64,000 nucleotides of DNA from Klebsormidium nitens (GCA_000708835.1 DF237180.1:62001-126000); one strand, 5' to 3'; positions 24,601 to 37,930 are shown, counted from the first letter of the stretch. Notes: generated by a model from the sequence alone, not told the origin. Program-made: numbers and translations.

Positions 24601-26126
24601 ACTCCCAATAATTAGAGCGAACTTGCCATACTGCCTTCTACCCAAGCCTGAAGAAGTATACCTAGTCTGCGTCATTGCCAACTCTGACTCTGCCAAATCC
24701 AACTCGTCCGTCCGCAGCGGTGGAAGCGCGAGATCGAGTCACAGGACTCCACCGCGCGCTCGTCTCTCACGCGGGGCGGCCTGCTGCTCGAGGTCAAAGA
24801 AGCATCGTACACCGTCATCCAACACCTGGTGCGCTACCTGTACTCCGGGCTGGGAGACGACGAGTTTGTCAAGACCAGGGGGGCCGACGTCTTCCTAGCA
24901 GCCTACAGGGTAAGCAAGGGTATAAACAAATCTGGGTTTTCTGGGGGGCTGTTGGATTTTTCCGGGGCGTGATGGTTCTGCTTTGCGGGCTTTAACGCAG
25001 TCGCTCTCACAGGACATGCGTAAGGTGTTGACAAGTTAATCAGCAACTCATTGACAACACGAGATTTGACGAACCCTCACGCTTCTCGAGCGATGGAAAG
25101 TTTGTTTGGGTGCGCAACTCGGCACTGCGTCGATGTAAGTCGATTCCGCGTGTGGGGTGATCCGAAGGTCTCGAAAGCAAACGTGGATTTTGAGTCCACC
25201 CGTCTGCTTTGGCTACGCTCTATGTCCCCTTTGCTTCTGCTTATCAGGGTCGGCGATAAAGCTTTCAGACATTGTGAAATCGTGGAGCATTCTCGTCTTA
25301 ATCGACGTTCGATCCAACCTTCGTTCTTCTGAGAATAAAGCTCGATTTCCTTCATAATGTTGGTCTTTGCACCCCTTTGCACCTGCTGGCTTCCTTCATT
25401 TGATTGCTCCTTCAGCCCGCGAGACCACGTCTCGGTTTCGCATAAGCCTCGTCAGTCATGTGACGCAATGTGTGATTGCCCTGTTTGACTTTATTGCATC
25501 CGGTTTGCAGTACGAGATCCCGGACGTGTGCCAAGTGTTGGAGAAGAAGCTCGACATCACCCCGGGTAAGAAGCATCTCTGTAGGAGGCTTTCTGTCCTT
25601 GACAGTCAGAACACATTTCCCTTTTGCTTTCTCAGCGCCCATCGATGTCGCACGGGCTCCTTTCCTTCAAGCGATGAAGATTCCGATTCGCTACCAATCT
25701 CTCCTTTTGTTTCCCAAGGCAAGTCGATTCCTCAGGAACTTCCTGCCCCAGACGCTTGTCGACCGCTGGATCATCGTCCTTCGTTCATCTCATCTGTCTG
25801 TTTACCATCGCCTGCTTCTCTTGTTGCTTCCTCCTATCAAGAATCATTTTCCTTCCTTTAGTTTCCTCGCTTCTCAACTCCCGTGTCTTTTCCTTTCAGA
25901 CAACTGGATCAAGGTGTTGTCGGTGGCAATCGTTGCCGGCTCGTCCCTACTCACTCTGCGCGTGGCCCAGTCCATCAAGCACCTCTTGGATAAGCGCCTG
26001 TCCTTCTCTCACATTCGCCGGCCCTCGTTCTCTTACATGGAGTTACCCCCTCATCAGCCGTTTGGCAAAGCGGAGAACGAGAGTGCTGAGAACCTGCGAA
26101 AGATTGAGGAGAGCAGCCGGGATTAA
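21606..26126 (+). CDS. Ankyrin repeat + BTB/POZ (+BACK-like) protein, about 389 aa, 7 exons; probable CUL3 substrate adaptor
   Basis: Exons 21606-21812, 22649-22782, 23098-23213, 23790-24028, 24718-24909, 25511-25565, 25900-26126; phase-consistent (1170 nt). Ankyrin motifs GLTGLHIAV...IVKILLEVGADIN and NGMTPLLLAL; BTB VDLRAEGKDIPALKQIV...LEVKEASYTVIQHLVRYLYSG...AYR|YEIPDVCQVLE; BACK-like DNWIKVLSVA. Confidence 0.85.
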
Positions 26127-26917
26127 GGGGTACCGCGCCGATAGATTGGGCGCGTCACGCAAGGTTCTGCAAAACGAGATTCAAAAGACTCTTAAGGGGA
26201 GGAATACTAACACTAAGAAAGTTTCGCCAGGTTCTGGATGCATGCTTTAACGATCATACACAATTTTGTGGATAAACCATTAAGGCCCTCAAGGGTGTAC
26301 TAGACTACTATATATATGGTGAGTACGATAGATAATGCTTTTGGGGGAGTTGAACGGCTAGACGCAAGTGGCCGCATGTATGATACAAGAAAGCGCAATG
26401 AGCAAGAGTGTAGGCAAGACATGGGTTTATGGGGGCTATGAGAAATATCAAATATATGCAGATAAGGGGCTAAGAGATACACGGCGGTTTTGATTGCGGG
26501 GCCAGAAAAGCTTGAAAGTTCGACTTTGTAATCAGGACGGTACAATATTGACACGGCTTATATATAAAGATTTGATATGAGGAATCCGATAAAGAAGGGC
26601 AACTTGCATTTGCGAAATGCTGCCGAAGTTAATCCTGTCTGATATGATTACTAGCATGATCTTTGGCATGACGTACCAGGATCGGTCACCGATCAGATGG
26701 CGCGGCCGACTTTTTCATCCCTCGGGAAGCATGAACAATTCGGGGCGGCCACGCTTGAAAAGGCGACAATGGACAGGCCGGACGGTTGTTATGGCACGTA
26801 CGGATCGAACTCACCTGCACCGAGCACATTCCTAAGGCAAGAGTCGAATTGGCGCTCATCTTGGATCGAGGGCCCTTATGAGCGAGCCGGGCTGTCCGCG
26901 AGCATCTAGATTCGTGT

Positions 26918-29859
26918 TCATTTGACGCCGAGAATCCAACCTTCTTCAGCCACAACAGTTGCAAGGTCCACCGGGACCGCATCCTCTGCAACACCGCTAC
27001 CTGTCCCCGTCAGTTTTAAGCTACGCGAACGGTTGTTTGAAGAAGAGGGTTTTGCATTAACTTCTTGTCCGCTGGGCTCACCCTTTCGATCGCTGTACTT
27101 TTCATCAGTTTCTGGAGGCCCGAAAGGTCCGTAGAAAAGGTGCTCCAGCTGCCCAGCTGCGTCGAGGGCAGCAAAGTGCGAAGCGAGAGCTCGCACCTGC
27201 AACGCAATCTTTGGTCCGTCAGACTTGCATTAGAAGAAGTGAGACACTTTTCCTTCAGCCTCGATCTTAAGCGACTTCTTGCATCGGAGGAAACAGCTCT
27301 GGATGGTCCCAGCATGAGTGCAGCTTCGTCATTGATTAAAGCATTGATCGATGGGTAGGCTGGAAGCGACGAAGTAACATCGACGTCATCAAGCAAGATT
27401 CGGGACCTTAATGCGGTCGCTGCACCACACAAACCATGCCAAGGGCGAGCACGGGCTGCTTTTGCTCGATCCAATCTGACTGCATTTGCAACATCTGAGA
27501 CCCGTGCAACTCTTTAGCATATCGTATTGTACAAGGTAATCAAACCATAGCACTGACGGCTTCCACGTTGAAGTTGAATCCTTGGAGAATTTTCTCTTCT
27601 CCTGCGTTTTACGCACCTGCCCTGCGTCTTTTGGTTCTTTCCCGACACAGACCGGGGGAACTAGGGACGGGTACGCCTCAGCCATGACGATGGACGGCCC
27701 GGAGTGCCCGGTACTTTCCCCCGGGGGCCGAAGGCCGGTCTCGAAGGGCCACACCCGGGTGCAGTCTCGCAGGTCCGGGTGGTGACGTATGTTGAAGACA
27801 CGTGGGATGCCCAGGAGAGTCTGCGAAGGGCGCTTTTTATTGAATGACTCGCTCAACATGAGCTTTCCGAAGATCCAAACACTTCAAATACAGGAGTAGG
27901 GCGTTTTTTCGGAGGGCGAAGCCGGATTTATATATCAGCAACAGTGACCCTGAGAGATTTGACTGTGAGGTAGGTGAAGTGGGGACTAGTCCGCAAACCT
28001 AGTTTGCATTGGCCCCACTTGTTGAGCAGCAGCGAGGTTCACGCTATCTCACTTGTGTGCTCGAACTCACAACCACGAGCGAGTCTAGGAAGAGAGATTT
28101 TGTGGCGGCCTTTCAGTCGTGAGGTACTCCTAATCCGCTTCATACAATATCGAAGCTTTCATTAGCACTCCTGATTGTCATTCCCGACCTTTTGTGAGAG
28201 CAGACTGAACGCACCTCAAAGTTGAGGGGAGACATTTCGGGAAAGCTGATTGAGAGTCGTTGAAAACGTATCCAGGCTCATACCCAGTAGAAAGACGTAA
28301 TTTTCATTTCAATCAATTTGGAGTGCTACTATTTGAACGACCGTCAAATGAATGGCGTTCAAGGGAGACCAAATCGCAAAGACAGGGAATTAGGACGACA
28401 GGACCAGAAAGAGATTGCTTTTCAAAGCAGAAGTAGAAGTTTAATCTTTTTGGTGATGATGACGTGGTGATGGTGACGTGGCCTTACTTGAGAGCCAACT
28501 GCACCGGTCGTGTAGAGCTTCCACGTGGTCTGAGCAGTGCACCTGCTTTCGGCCGCCCTTTTCTCAGGAAATACCGGCGAACTAGGGAGGGGAAGTTGCT
28601 TCTTGGGGCACAGGAAGGGTGAAGCTCGAGAGGGCGGGCAGCCCCAAAAAGGGTAGGGAGACCCGGACACCTGTACAGATTGGATTGATTCGATTGATAG
28701 GAGAGAGTGCTCAGAAGCTGACTTGTTAGTTGCATCGGCCTTTTTGATCTGCATGAGTTTTCCAACCTGTTGCTGCTCACAACGACCCTGAGCCAAAGCA
28801 GGGAAGGGCGAGGTCTTTGAGAGTTTGTCAAAGCTTCTTCCATGATACTCCATGTGTTTTGCAGGACTTTTGGCAGCAGGTCAGCATACTCTATACTAGG
28901 AGTTCAAGGGACCAAGACTCACATGTATCAGCGACAAAACGGAGGACAGGGATTGTCAGAGCAAGCCGGTGATGACTTTGTGGCATTGGAACTGGTTTGA
29001 AGCTCACCAGTTCATTCAGCCGGGCGGCCACCTCAAAGCGGTTATTGCTATTGTTGTCCTCATCGACAACATGCTGGTGCAGGTATTGCCAGACAGTTTC
29101 CCAACCAGGACACGGGTCCCCACTCCCACCGCTTTTGCCCATAACCTCCGCCCTATCCACCACGCACGCCGGGTTTCCACCCAAGCTCCCATTAGCTATT
29201 GATTCCGCTGCACGGTTAAGTCGGATCTTTTCAGCAAGAGCGGCTGCGAAACCCCTGCTAAACCCAAGGGAAAAGTCAAACCCAAGCAAAACCCTTCGGC
29301 CCCTGGCAACCAGTCCCACCAGCTTCTCAATCAATACTGCTTCAGCCATGGCCCTGGTTGGAATGTTCTCAACCACTGGAACTGCCTCCCCGCACGAGCC
29401 AGGTGGCGGGCACAGATTGGTCGTCACGGGAAGGGAGGTGCTGCTGGTGTTGGTTTCTGCTAGGAAGGTTGGGTGTGCCACTCGGGGGCACTTTGTGCGC
29501 TGCTCAACGATTGGCCCAGAAGCAGAGGTTGGAGCAGCTTCTGTGATGCCAGCTATCACACTCCTTTTGCGCCCTTGTCTTTTAGCAACTTGAGGCATTG
29601 ACGCAGACGTTTCGCTTCTCTCCACCAACAGATCCTTATTCAGTTCCTTACACTCGATTGTTGTAGCACACCTTTTGCTTTTCCTCCTTGCAGCTTCTTC
29701 CCTTTCACATCCAGTTCTTCCTCTAAGCCCCACATCCTGTGCAAGGGGTTTGCAGAAACAAGCGTCCGCAATGCAGTACCAGATGCTATCTTGCCCCATT
29801 TTCGGCACACTGGATGCTGACCAGTCTACAATTACATACGTATCAAATAAGCGGGCCAT
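26918..29859 (-). CDS. Bacterial-type DUF429-like (RNase H-fold predicted nuclease) protein, about 505 aa, 4 exons
   Basis: Exons 29859-29008, 28670-28488, 27820-27617, 27196-26918; three phase-0 GT-AG introns. Spliced motifs: LFDTYVIVDWSA, DSIWYC, ENIPTRAMAE, RVLLGFDFSLG, NNRFEVAARLN, PFWGCP, TWKLYTTGAVGSQ|TLLGIP, VWPFETG, IVMAEAYPSL, KDAGQ|VRAL, EEGWILGV. This order resembles a bacterial family I recall being auto-annotated as CbiG- or molybdopterin-related hypotheticals. An upstream in-frame ATG at 29928 is possible. Confidence 0.8.
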
Positions 29860-30956
29860 GGCCCGTCTTCTAGCTGCCGCAATGTCCTGAAGGCGTCGTC
29901 TCTCCGCTTGGCAGAGCGCCTGCTTCAATGGATCACAGCAGATGGCATTGCAAAGTAAAATGCTGCATTTCTTGTCACGGTAAAGCGGGGCTGCAATTTG
30001 CAGATTGCAGGCTGCGTCTGCTCGTTTGAAAAGAAACAGTGTCTCAGGCTCGTGAGCAATAGTAATACCGGTATGGCACGATGCGCAATCATGCTGACGC
30101 TCAGATCTTCCGGCATAAGAAACCCTAAATTGCGCAGAACAAATCTGGTCAGACCGAGCGTTACGCTATTAACTGTAGCTGTCGCCCGTGTTATTGCCCG
30201 ACCGCGAAGCGAAATTGAGTGGTAACGCAGGTCGTTTCCGGAAACCCAAAGAATGTTCAATTAGCTCAACCGAGATACGCCCGGCCACATCCGCAAGATT
30301 TTCATAATACCGTATGTAGGACTGTGTAGGACTAGGATACGGTGTGCCATGCAGAAAAATTCATTGAAATGTGTACAGTTTTTGCTCGACTGCGAGTTAT
30401 AACCTGTTGTCGCATTTGAAATGCATTGAAAGTGTTGATTTTGATGCATGTATCATGCAATTATGAGCCTTTTGCATGTATTGCACATGCACGTACTGGC
30501 AATCGAAACATTGATGCAAGCCGGTCCATGCGACACGATTTCAGCACAATCACGAAGTGAGGACATGCATCATATTCAAGGCAGTATATGAAACGCGTAT
30601 ACAGGCAGATTGCAGTATGTTTATATCACCATCGTAATCAGTTACATGGAACTTTTGATTTTCACCAGCTACAAGTATCTAAGGGACGAGATATGAAGTG
30701 CGACGCTGATTACCTCGTGTCAACTCATGGAAGATTCAAAAACGTCTTGTCGGGAAAATTGCTGTTCGTATCGTCAGAACTATACCACGCCATTCAGGCT
30801 GCCCTGTACACTTGACGACTTTGGAATCCGACTAGGTTCACAATTACCCGACGTGCCACGCCGCGATCCGTCAACGCTGTCTTTGTTTGCCTCACAATAC
30901 CCTATATACAATTCTACTTCGCTCTATCTCAAAAAGGGCACTCTGATCTTCGCAAC

Positions 30957-33900
30957 TCACTTTGTCGCCCCGCTTTTCTCCTCTACAGAATCCTTCTCCC
31001 CAACTTTCCGCATACCCCCCCTCTCCAACTGCTGCTGGTTAGGCTCGCCAAGGCCCCCCCCAACCGCATCTTGCACCCTTTTCAACGGAGACGGCTTCCC
31101 CGTAAGAATCGACCGCAACAGGGGATCCAAGATCTCAGGAGCAAGGAGGCGGAAATAAGCAAACAATCCGTACCAGACGGGGAAAATGACGTCAGGCTTG
31201 CGCTTGCGGGTGGCGTCGACAGCAGCGCGGGCGGCGAGCGCAGTCGGGAGGAGCGGGATCAGGCCGAACCCATTTTGCTGCAAAACAATTGTACACGTTC
31301 AACCAATTGCTGGCGAATGGGATTGTTGCTAAGTTGGAACGGCGCGATTTGGAAATTCTCCAGTGTAGCAAGCTTCTGACATCATTGCAAAACAGATCAG
31401 AATTCCAAACGTCGTTTTCTATGCTCTCCCCATCCCTTCCTCTAAATTACGCAAATTAGGTATGTGACATGGAAAAGTTTGCAATGCAAAATGGTTTTTT
31501 AGGAGTCTTGCTTCTTGCTGGCGAATACCATCCCTTTTAAGCGCAAGTGAAGGGATGACAGCTTTGCTCTGGCAGACCCAAGAGGACTGCCTAGGTGATA
31601 AGGAGTGGGTGAAGAACACACTTTGGATGAGTCAAAAGATTCGCAATCACCAGAATCCGAAGTTTGCTGATTCAAAGAAGACGGGTTTTCAAAGAGTTTC
31701 GAGACACTGAGAGATGCAAAAATGCGAGACGTAAAGTTCCAGAGGCTCAGAATACTTCACTGCAGGCCAGCCAGTTTCTTGGTCCTGTGTATTTCAACTC
31801 CCACGCCTGTCTTAAACAATCTCCTGAAACGTCTACCGCATAACTATTAGAGCCTAACTTTACCAGAGCCAGGACAAGCCCTGAGTGAATGGAAAGACAC
31901 TAACTCAAAGCAAACCCGCCAGGAAAATAAAAAACGAACTTGCAGGAAACTCCGTAAACGAAACGCTCACCCTGCGCAATTGAATGCCCTCCTCGTAGTC
32001 CGCCACGTGCCCGTCCGGCTGGATGAACTTGCCGTCCGTCATTTCGGACTTGACGATGCCTGGGGAGAACATGGTGATCGGCACCTTGTCGCCCAACTCA
32101 ATGCGGAGCGTGTGGTAGAAACTGGCGACCGCAGACTTGGACGCCTGCGAAATGTATACAACATCGAGACGGCTTTCAATATCATACCTACGCTCATCTT
32201 TCCAGTAAGATGGGTCCACTTCTGGCGAAAAAAGGAATGGGATAAACGTTTTGCCCTCTTTACTCTCAGATCCTAACTGGACAGGATCGTGTTCCAAAAT
32301 GCCATTGAGCTATTACGTTCGACCAGAATTGCGCTTCGGTACCACTTATCGCCGCACGGGTTTTAATAAAACACGGCTTGAGTTGGAAACAATCAGACTA
32401 AAGAGAAACGACAGGGCTACCTGTCAGGCGCCCGCATTTGACGGCAACTGGAGGTCGATACCAGCAAGTTATCGCCTTCCGTCGACACAGAGCCTCGCCG
32501 TGGTTGACACACCAAACACATAGCTTCACCCGTCTTCCAGCCCTTTCGCCATATCTATTTTTCTCCAGAAATCATGTTCCTCTCAACAAGACACCGCGAA
32601 AGGCACAACATTCTCACGATATTTTGCCGCAATTGGCCCCCACAGAGTCCCTCAAAGACCGAAACTTCCACAAGAGCAGCTTAGACTCACGTTGTACAGC
32701 GTGTTCATGGGCACAGGCGCAATCGAGGAGACGGACACGGTCACATAGATCTGGCCCTTGCTGGCCTTGAGGTGGGGCAGAGCGTGATGCGTCAGGTTAA
32801 CGGCGGCCCAAAAGTTGGTATCCTGCGCAGGCAAGCAGAGGAAATTGATTAGAACATACATATCGTACTTAGAGCAAACGTAGCATCGTCCGTTCGTCGA
32901 ACAAAGCGGAAAACCCAAAGCTAGATCCTCATCAAAATTCCGCCGTCCAGCCCACTGCAATCATACCTGTCGGAAGACTCGTTACAATGAAACCGAACAA
33001 GGACTACGTGATCGACTGTTTTTCCTTCTGGAAACTCTGCACGAGTTTTACTGATGTATTTCTACTGACCATTAATATGCGATTGAATGATTCAAGCAGT
33101 GGAGCACGAGAAACAGTGTCATCATTGAAACCGCCACACGGCCGGGACATTTCCACGGACTAACATGTTCAGGACGTCCAACAAACAATAAGGCAATGAA
33201 GCTACCAATCAGAACGTGCAGCAGACCCTATCGTCAAGCGTCTGTTGTCAAGAGTCAACCTCATTCAATGTTGGGAACTAGTGCTGTTCGATCCTTGATG
33301 ATGAGCCTGAAGTCAGAAACACAGTTAAATAGACTTGTGTGACAACTCAGATCTTCACAGCCAATGGATCAACGCACTCCGATCAAAAGAAGCTTCGAAG
33401 ACTCAAAATACGCAGGAAGTCCGTTGTTCCTTAATACGATGCCAGTACAATTTTAGAAAGTCGCACTACACAGGGCGCGTTGGCTTCGATGAGGAGCGAA
33501 ACGAGCCCCGATCCGAACCAGAGCTTCCGCTCGAAGCGGTGGCGGACAAACCGGAGCCGGCTTAGTTCTGCAGGAACCGTCCCCGTTTGCAGGAACCGTT
33601 CCCCTTCACTACGAACCAGCCTAGAACCAGGGTCTAGCTCCGGTTCGTCCGCGCTTTTCTAGGGCAGGATGTTCGCTCCTTTCAAAGGTCGTGTCTGTAT
33701 ATGACCCAGCCCTACCTCTAGGACAGCCCTCGGGGTTGCTTACCACTGGACTGGAAGCCCAGGTTATCGCCAAACGAGCCAGGTCAAACAGCGTCCCCAG
33801 ATCACTCCCGTTGCCAAGATCTTTCAATATTTCTAATCTGGCGCTAACTATCAAGGAGAACCCTGGAGGAGCTCATCAGGATGGACTGAAAGCCCGGGTT

Positions 33901-36539
33901 ATCATCAACCGAGCCAGGTCTAACAGCGTCCCAAGATCGTCTAACTCCCTAACATGACCCTAACCATCAAAAACGACCCTGGGGGAGCTTACCAGAATGG
34001 ACTGGAAGCCCTTGGTGTCCTTTGCATCGTCGAAGTAGAAACTGTTGAAGAGGCCCGCGTTGTTTACCAGCAAGTCCACTGCAACAACAGTAAACATTAC
34101 TTCGCAAATCGCTAATATGCAGTGAGAATGTGCAATGAAACATATCCAACAGACAGAACGCTTTTCCACAAGCTTTCTGCCACTCTCGGAAAGAAAGACC
34201 GCGTGCACAAAGAACCGTTGATAAACGTGGTTGAACGAAATTTTAGCCTCATGTCCCTCTATCTCACAATGTAGATCTTGCCAGGGGCGCAGATTTTAGT
34301 TGATGCAACCTTAGTAGGAATGGACCTTAAAAGCAGAGACACTTTTTTCCAGTTTGGTTTGATTCGACATAAAAGTGTTGTCCTTATCCTCAGTTGCTTC
34401 GCAATCTCACAAGCCGTTCGAAGTGCGGACGGTGAGTTTTAGAAGGCGCACATGGCTGCGTTTCTCGACCTGAATTTCGAGAAAGAACTCGAAGCGCAGA
34501 AACTATAAGCTTGTTCGAAGCCCAAATGTTTTCCTCTCTGAACAAAATGGACAATTATCGTTGAAGGACGATCGATCGAGCTTCTCACCATGTTCAGCTA
34601 CTCAAGCAAGCTTTCTTCAAAGGAAGCTAATGTCAATGAACAATCCTCCTATTCCAAAAATCAAGACTAAGTCACCGGAGGGACATTCTCCGTTGCACTC
34701 ACAGTGATCGTAATGTTCGAGAGTCTTGGATAGCGCCAGCTTGCACCCGGCCTCGTCCCCGAGGTCAGCCTCCACAATCATGACATCATGGGCGCCCAGA
34801 GCCCTGCTCAGCACAAGCGCTTCACTTCAAAATTTGTAACAAATCAAGCGGCAGTTAAGCAAAAAACCTTACACGTTCTTTGCAGTTCAACCGGAAGATT
34901 GTAACAAAAGCAACGATCGATTTCTTGAAGAGATTGGTCTTTAGGCAAGTGGGATGCATCAGTTCCGTCAAGGACAACATCAACTGCAGATTGCTAGAAG
35001 CTCAACGACCAAGAGGCCTCAAAAAGGTGATGTTCTTATTTTGCACAAAGTGCAGGGGGTAGATTCATGTGTTCTCAATTGGACGAGGGGCTCACAGTTC
35101 CTCTTCCATGGTCAACCTGCCACTTTCCCCTAGGTGGCAAACTTTCTTGAGGGCTCTGAACTACCACAACAAGCACAAATAATTGTTGAATGGAGTCTGC
35201 CATTGGTTCAAAGTTACTGACCAAGAGTTCGCCTCCACTTCGTGCAGCTTGTCCTTGCGACGGGCAACAAGAGAGAGCCGGGCCCCCAAGCGTGCGTACT
35301 CATATGCCATGTGCTGCATTACACAGTTCAGCATATATGAATAACATTTGTATGAGATGCCCAAGCCAATGCCGTCCCAATTGAGCTTGTTCTTGAGGTC
35401 TCTGTTTCTGAGCAACTCTGGCAAATCTCACATCCAGAACCCTCTTAGAAACTTCACCTTTGCTTCAATCTGTGACCAGATTTAACTTAGAACCGGAATT
35501 CGCAAGGGAACTACCATACTGAAGCATATCCCGTAATGAAGCAGGATTGTAGTCAGGAAGTGACGATCAGGTTGGAAGCAATCAGATTCACATGCATGCA
35601 GTAACCCTCTAAAACAACACAAGGATCAAAAAGCCCAAGTTTCTCAAAGCTTTCAATATATCTCATATATACTTTTGCATGTACCCCTGGTCTCAAATCA
35701 TACTTGGAAACGGGGCCGACAGGTTCTCAGCCCCTGTCCACTACTTTACCCACTTCCTTTGATGACGGTATCAAGAACATCACTGGTATGCATACATTGT
35801 CATCCATGCAACACTGACCCAACTTAAAATAAAAAATTTACGAAAGTCTTTGCAAGTCTCATCTCCAAATCAGGCAACAAGTTCACATTCTCCCATCCAA
35901 CTTACCCTCACCTTGCCAACTTCATAAGCTCCCCGCTCACGTGCCACATTAAAGAGTAAGATGGAGTCTCGAAGTGCCCTGAACACTTGCCAATTTGCCC
36001 CTGATTTACTCTCAAAAGCACCCGACGAGAATAGATGTAAACCCCTCTTTTCAGCTCACCTCTCCAATGCCTGAGCTCCCCCCTGTAATCAGCACCACCT
36101 TGTCAGTCATATCCTGGGGCTCTTTGAATGCCTCGTAGAACAGCCGCCGCACCCAGATGAACGGCAGCGTGACCGCCAGCACGCCAAACCCGATTGGATA
36201 AGCCACTACATTCAGCAGCTGGTTTGAGGCTGTCAATAAGCGATCCCCCAAGGGCACCGACTTATTGAGCTTGTTCCTTCTCTCTGCAGCCTCCGCGTCC
36301 GAGATGCCCCTCTTTGGACGATTGTTGGTGTCCGGAGCAGCTGGCCGGCGCTCCTTTACGTTGCTGTTGCTGGCCATTCTGACGCTGCGGTTTTGACGGG
36401 CGGGGGGTAAGCACTGCAGCAAGGGGATCCCTCCTCTGAGAAATGGCGCCTGGAAGAGCTGGGTCTGGTTCCCAAGTCGCCTGGCGGTGTGTAACGCGGT
36501 GCAGCCCGCCCGGGGCAACACGGCCACAGCAGAAACCAT
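30957..36539 (-). CDS. Short-chain dehydrogenase/reductase, 11-beta-hydroxysteroid dehydrogenase/steroleosin (HSD)-like, about 461 aa, 7 exons
   Basis: Exons 36539-36060, 35313-35222, 34803-34703, 34078-33993, 32822-32691, 32144-31971, 31277-30957; in phase. Motifs KVVLITGGSSGIGE|HMAYEYARLGARLSLVARRKDKL, LDLLVNNAG, DTNFWAAV and catalytic YN|ASK. A Pro-containing hydrophobic stretch precedes the Rossmann fold, as in plant HSD1. Confidence 0.9.
33700..34030 (-). repeat. Three ~116-133-bp tandem copies of the HSD exon-4 end + donor
   Basis: Minus-strand GGGCTTCCAGTCCATTCTG|GTAAGC (real, 33993), GGGCTTTCAGTCCATCCTG|ATGAGC (33877) and GGGCTTCCAGTCCAGTG|GTAAGC (33744). Confidence 0.8.
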
Positions 36540-37930
36540 AAAGAGCTGTAAAGGGCAGTAATGAATGAAGTGCAGTCAAACAATGTGGAAATTGACCTCC
36601 TGTAGCTGCCAAACGCAGGGCTGAGCTTCGAAGAACTCCTTCTTGTCCTTGGCTGTTTTCACCACAATTGGACGTGCCTTCCTGCTTTTCGAGCTGCTTG
36701 CCTTGCTGCCAGCATGCCAAATGTGATAGGAAGTCCCCATTGCACCCGAGACAGAGAAGGGCTGGGGACACGTCTCCCTGCGAAAGGGTCACCTGGGCAG
36801 GCAGAGCGGGGCCCCCCCTGAGGCTTGGGGGCCAGCATGCAATTCTCCTTTCAATGTGCGGCATGCATAGCCACCATGCAAAGAACCACGTCAACCTGCA
36901 CTTCGGCCATGCCGCCACCTTTTCTTCCGAGTCCTGCTCCTGATTGCCTGCAGACTGAAAACAACCGGCTTGCCGTTTGTACTTTCGTATCCCGGCCCGC
37001 AACTGAAATGGGCTGTACTACAGCCACCAGACGTACCTGTTGCGAAAACCGGCACATTTACTACAAGGTCGCCAGGCGTTCGATGAACGAAACTCGCCAC
37101 TTCGAAGGTAAGTTGGTCTTCACACAGGCAGCCTGGCTGCATACAAATGTATGTGCGCATTAATGCATCCCTGGCACTCCTCTCGTTTTATCCAATAGGA
37201 TTTGTCATGCGTTCTTGCAGACGATTGGCAATGACAGTAGATGGCATGACGGCGACCCAGCAAGTTCTTGAGCTCATTTAGTAATTTTGAGCTCCAGAAC
37301 TTTCCGCCTCTTGACACGCCGTACGTTACAGCTAAGCTTACGATAGCTCTATTCAAACAGAAGCGCCTGTCAACAATCATTCACCATGCAAGCCGCTGTA
37401 GAAGATTATTATGTTCAATCGGGGCGCAATAAAGTAAAGACTGCAATCACCTTCACAACTCGGTACCGATGATTGCGATCATGCATGAACGATTTGAGTT
37501 TTATACAGTACACGAAATCTGTTTAACCGTCCATTCATGCACATGTGTTTATTGCTGCCCTTATATTAGGGCATGCATACATGCACGAGAACGTATACAA
37601 CGGTTGGCTTTCAGCATAGCAAACAATAACCCGCACACAGTGCAGTCTGTTGACCTCATTGACGTGCCACTCCAAATTGGCCTTTGACCATTTGACGAGT
37701 TTCGAAGATATCTAGTCTACGGGCAACAAGAAGAGCAGTAACCGGAGCTCCGCACAAAGGCTTTCTAGGACTGCATTCTTTCAACACCGCATCTGTTAGG
37801 TAGAGAACGGCGAACATTGATGGCCGTCCATTGTCCTCTTCCAAAGGCAACTCTCAAAAATGTGTAATGTACAAACTTACCACAACTCTTGGTGAGGCCA
37901 GTGTTACGTTTTCAACTTCGGGTTCCTCCT

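Noticed and set aside
27016-27474. 152-aa minus ORF spanning intron 3 of the DUF429-like gene
   Set aside because: Different frame from the motif-bearing exons; the phase-0 splice 27617/27196 restores KDAGQ|VRAL.
36262-37002. 246-aa minus ORF overlapping the HSD 5' end
   Set aside because: Out of frame with the SDR and has no motifs; probably 5'-UTR or promoter plus a shadow frame.
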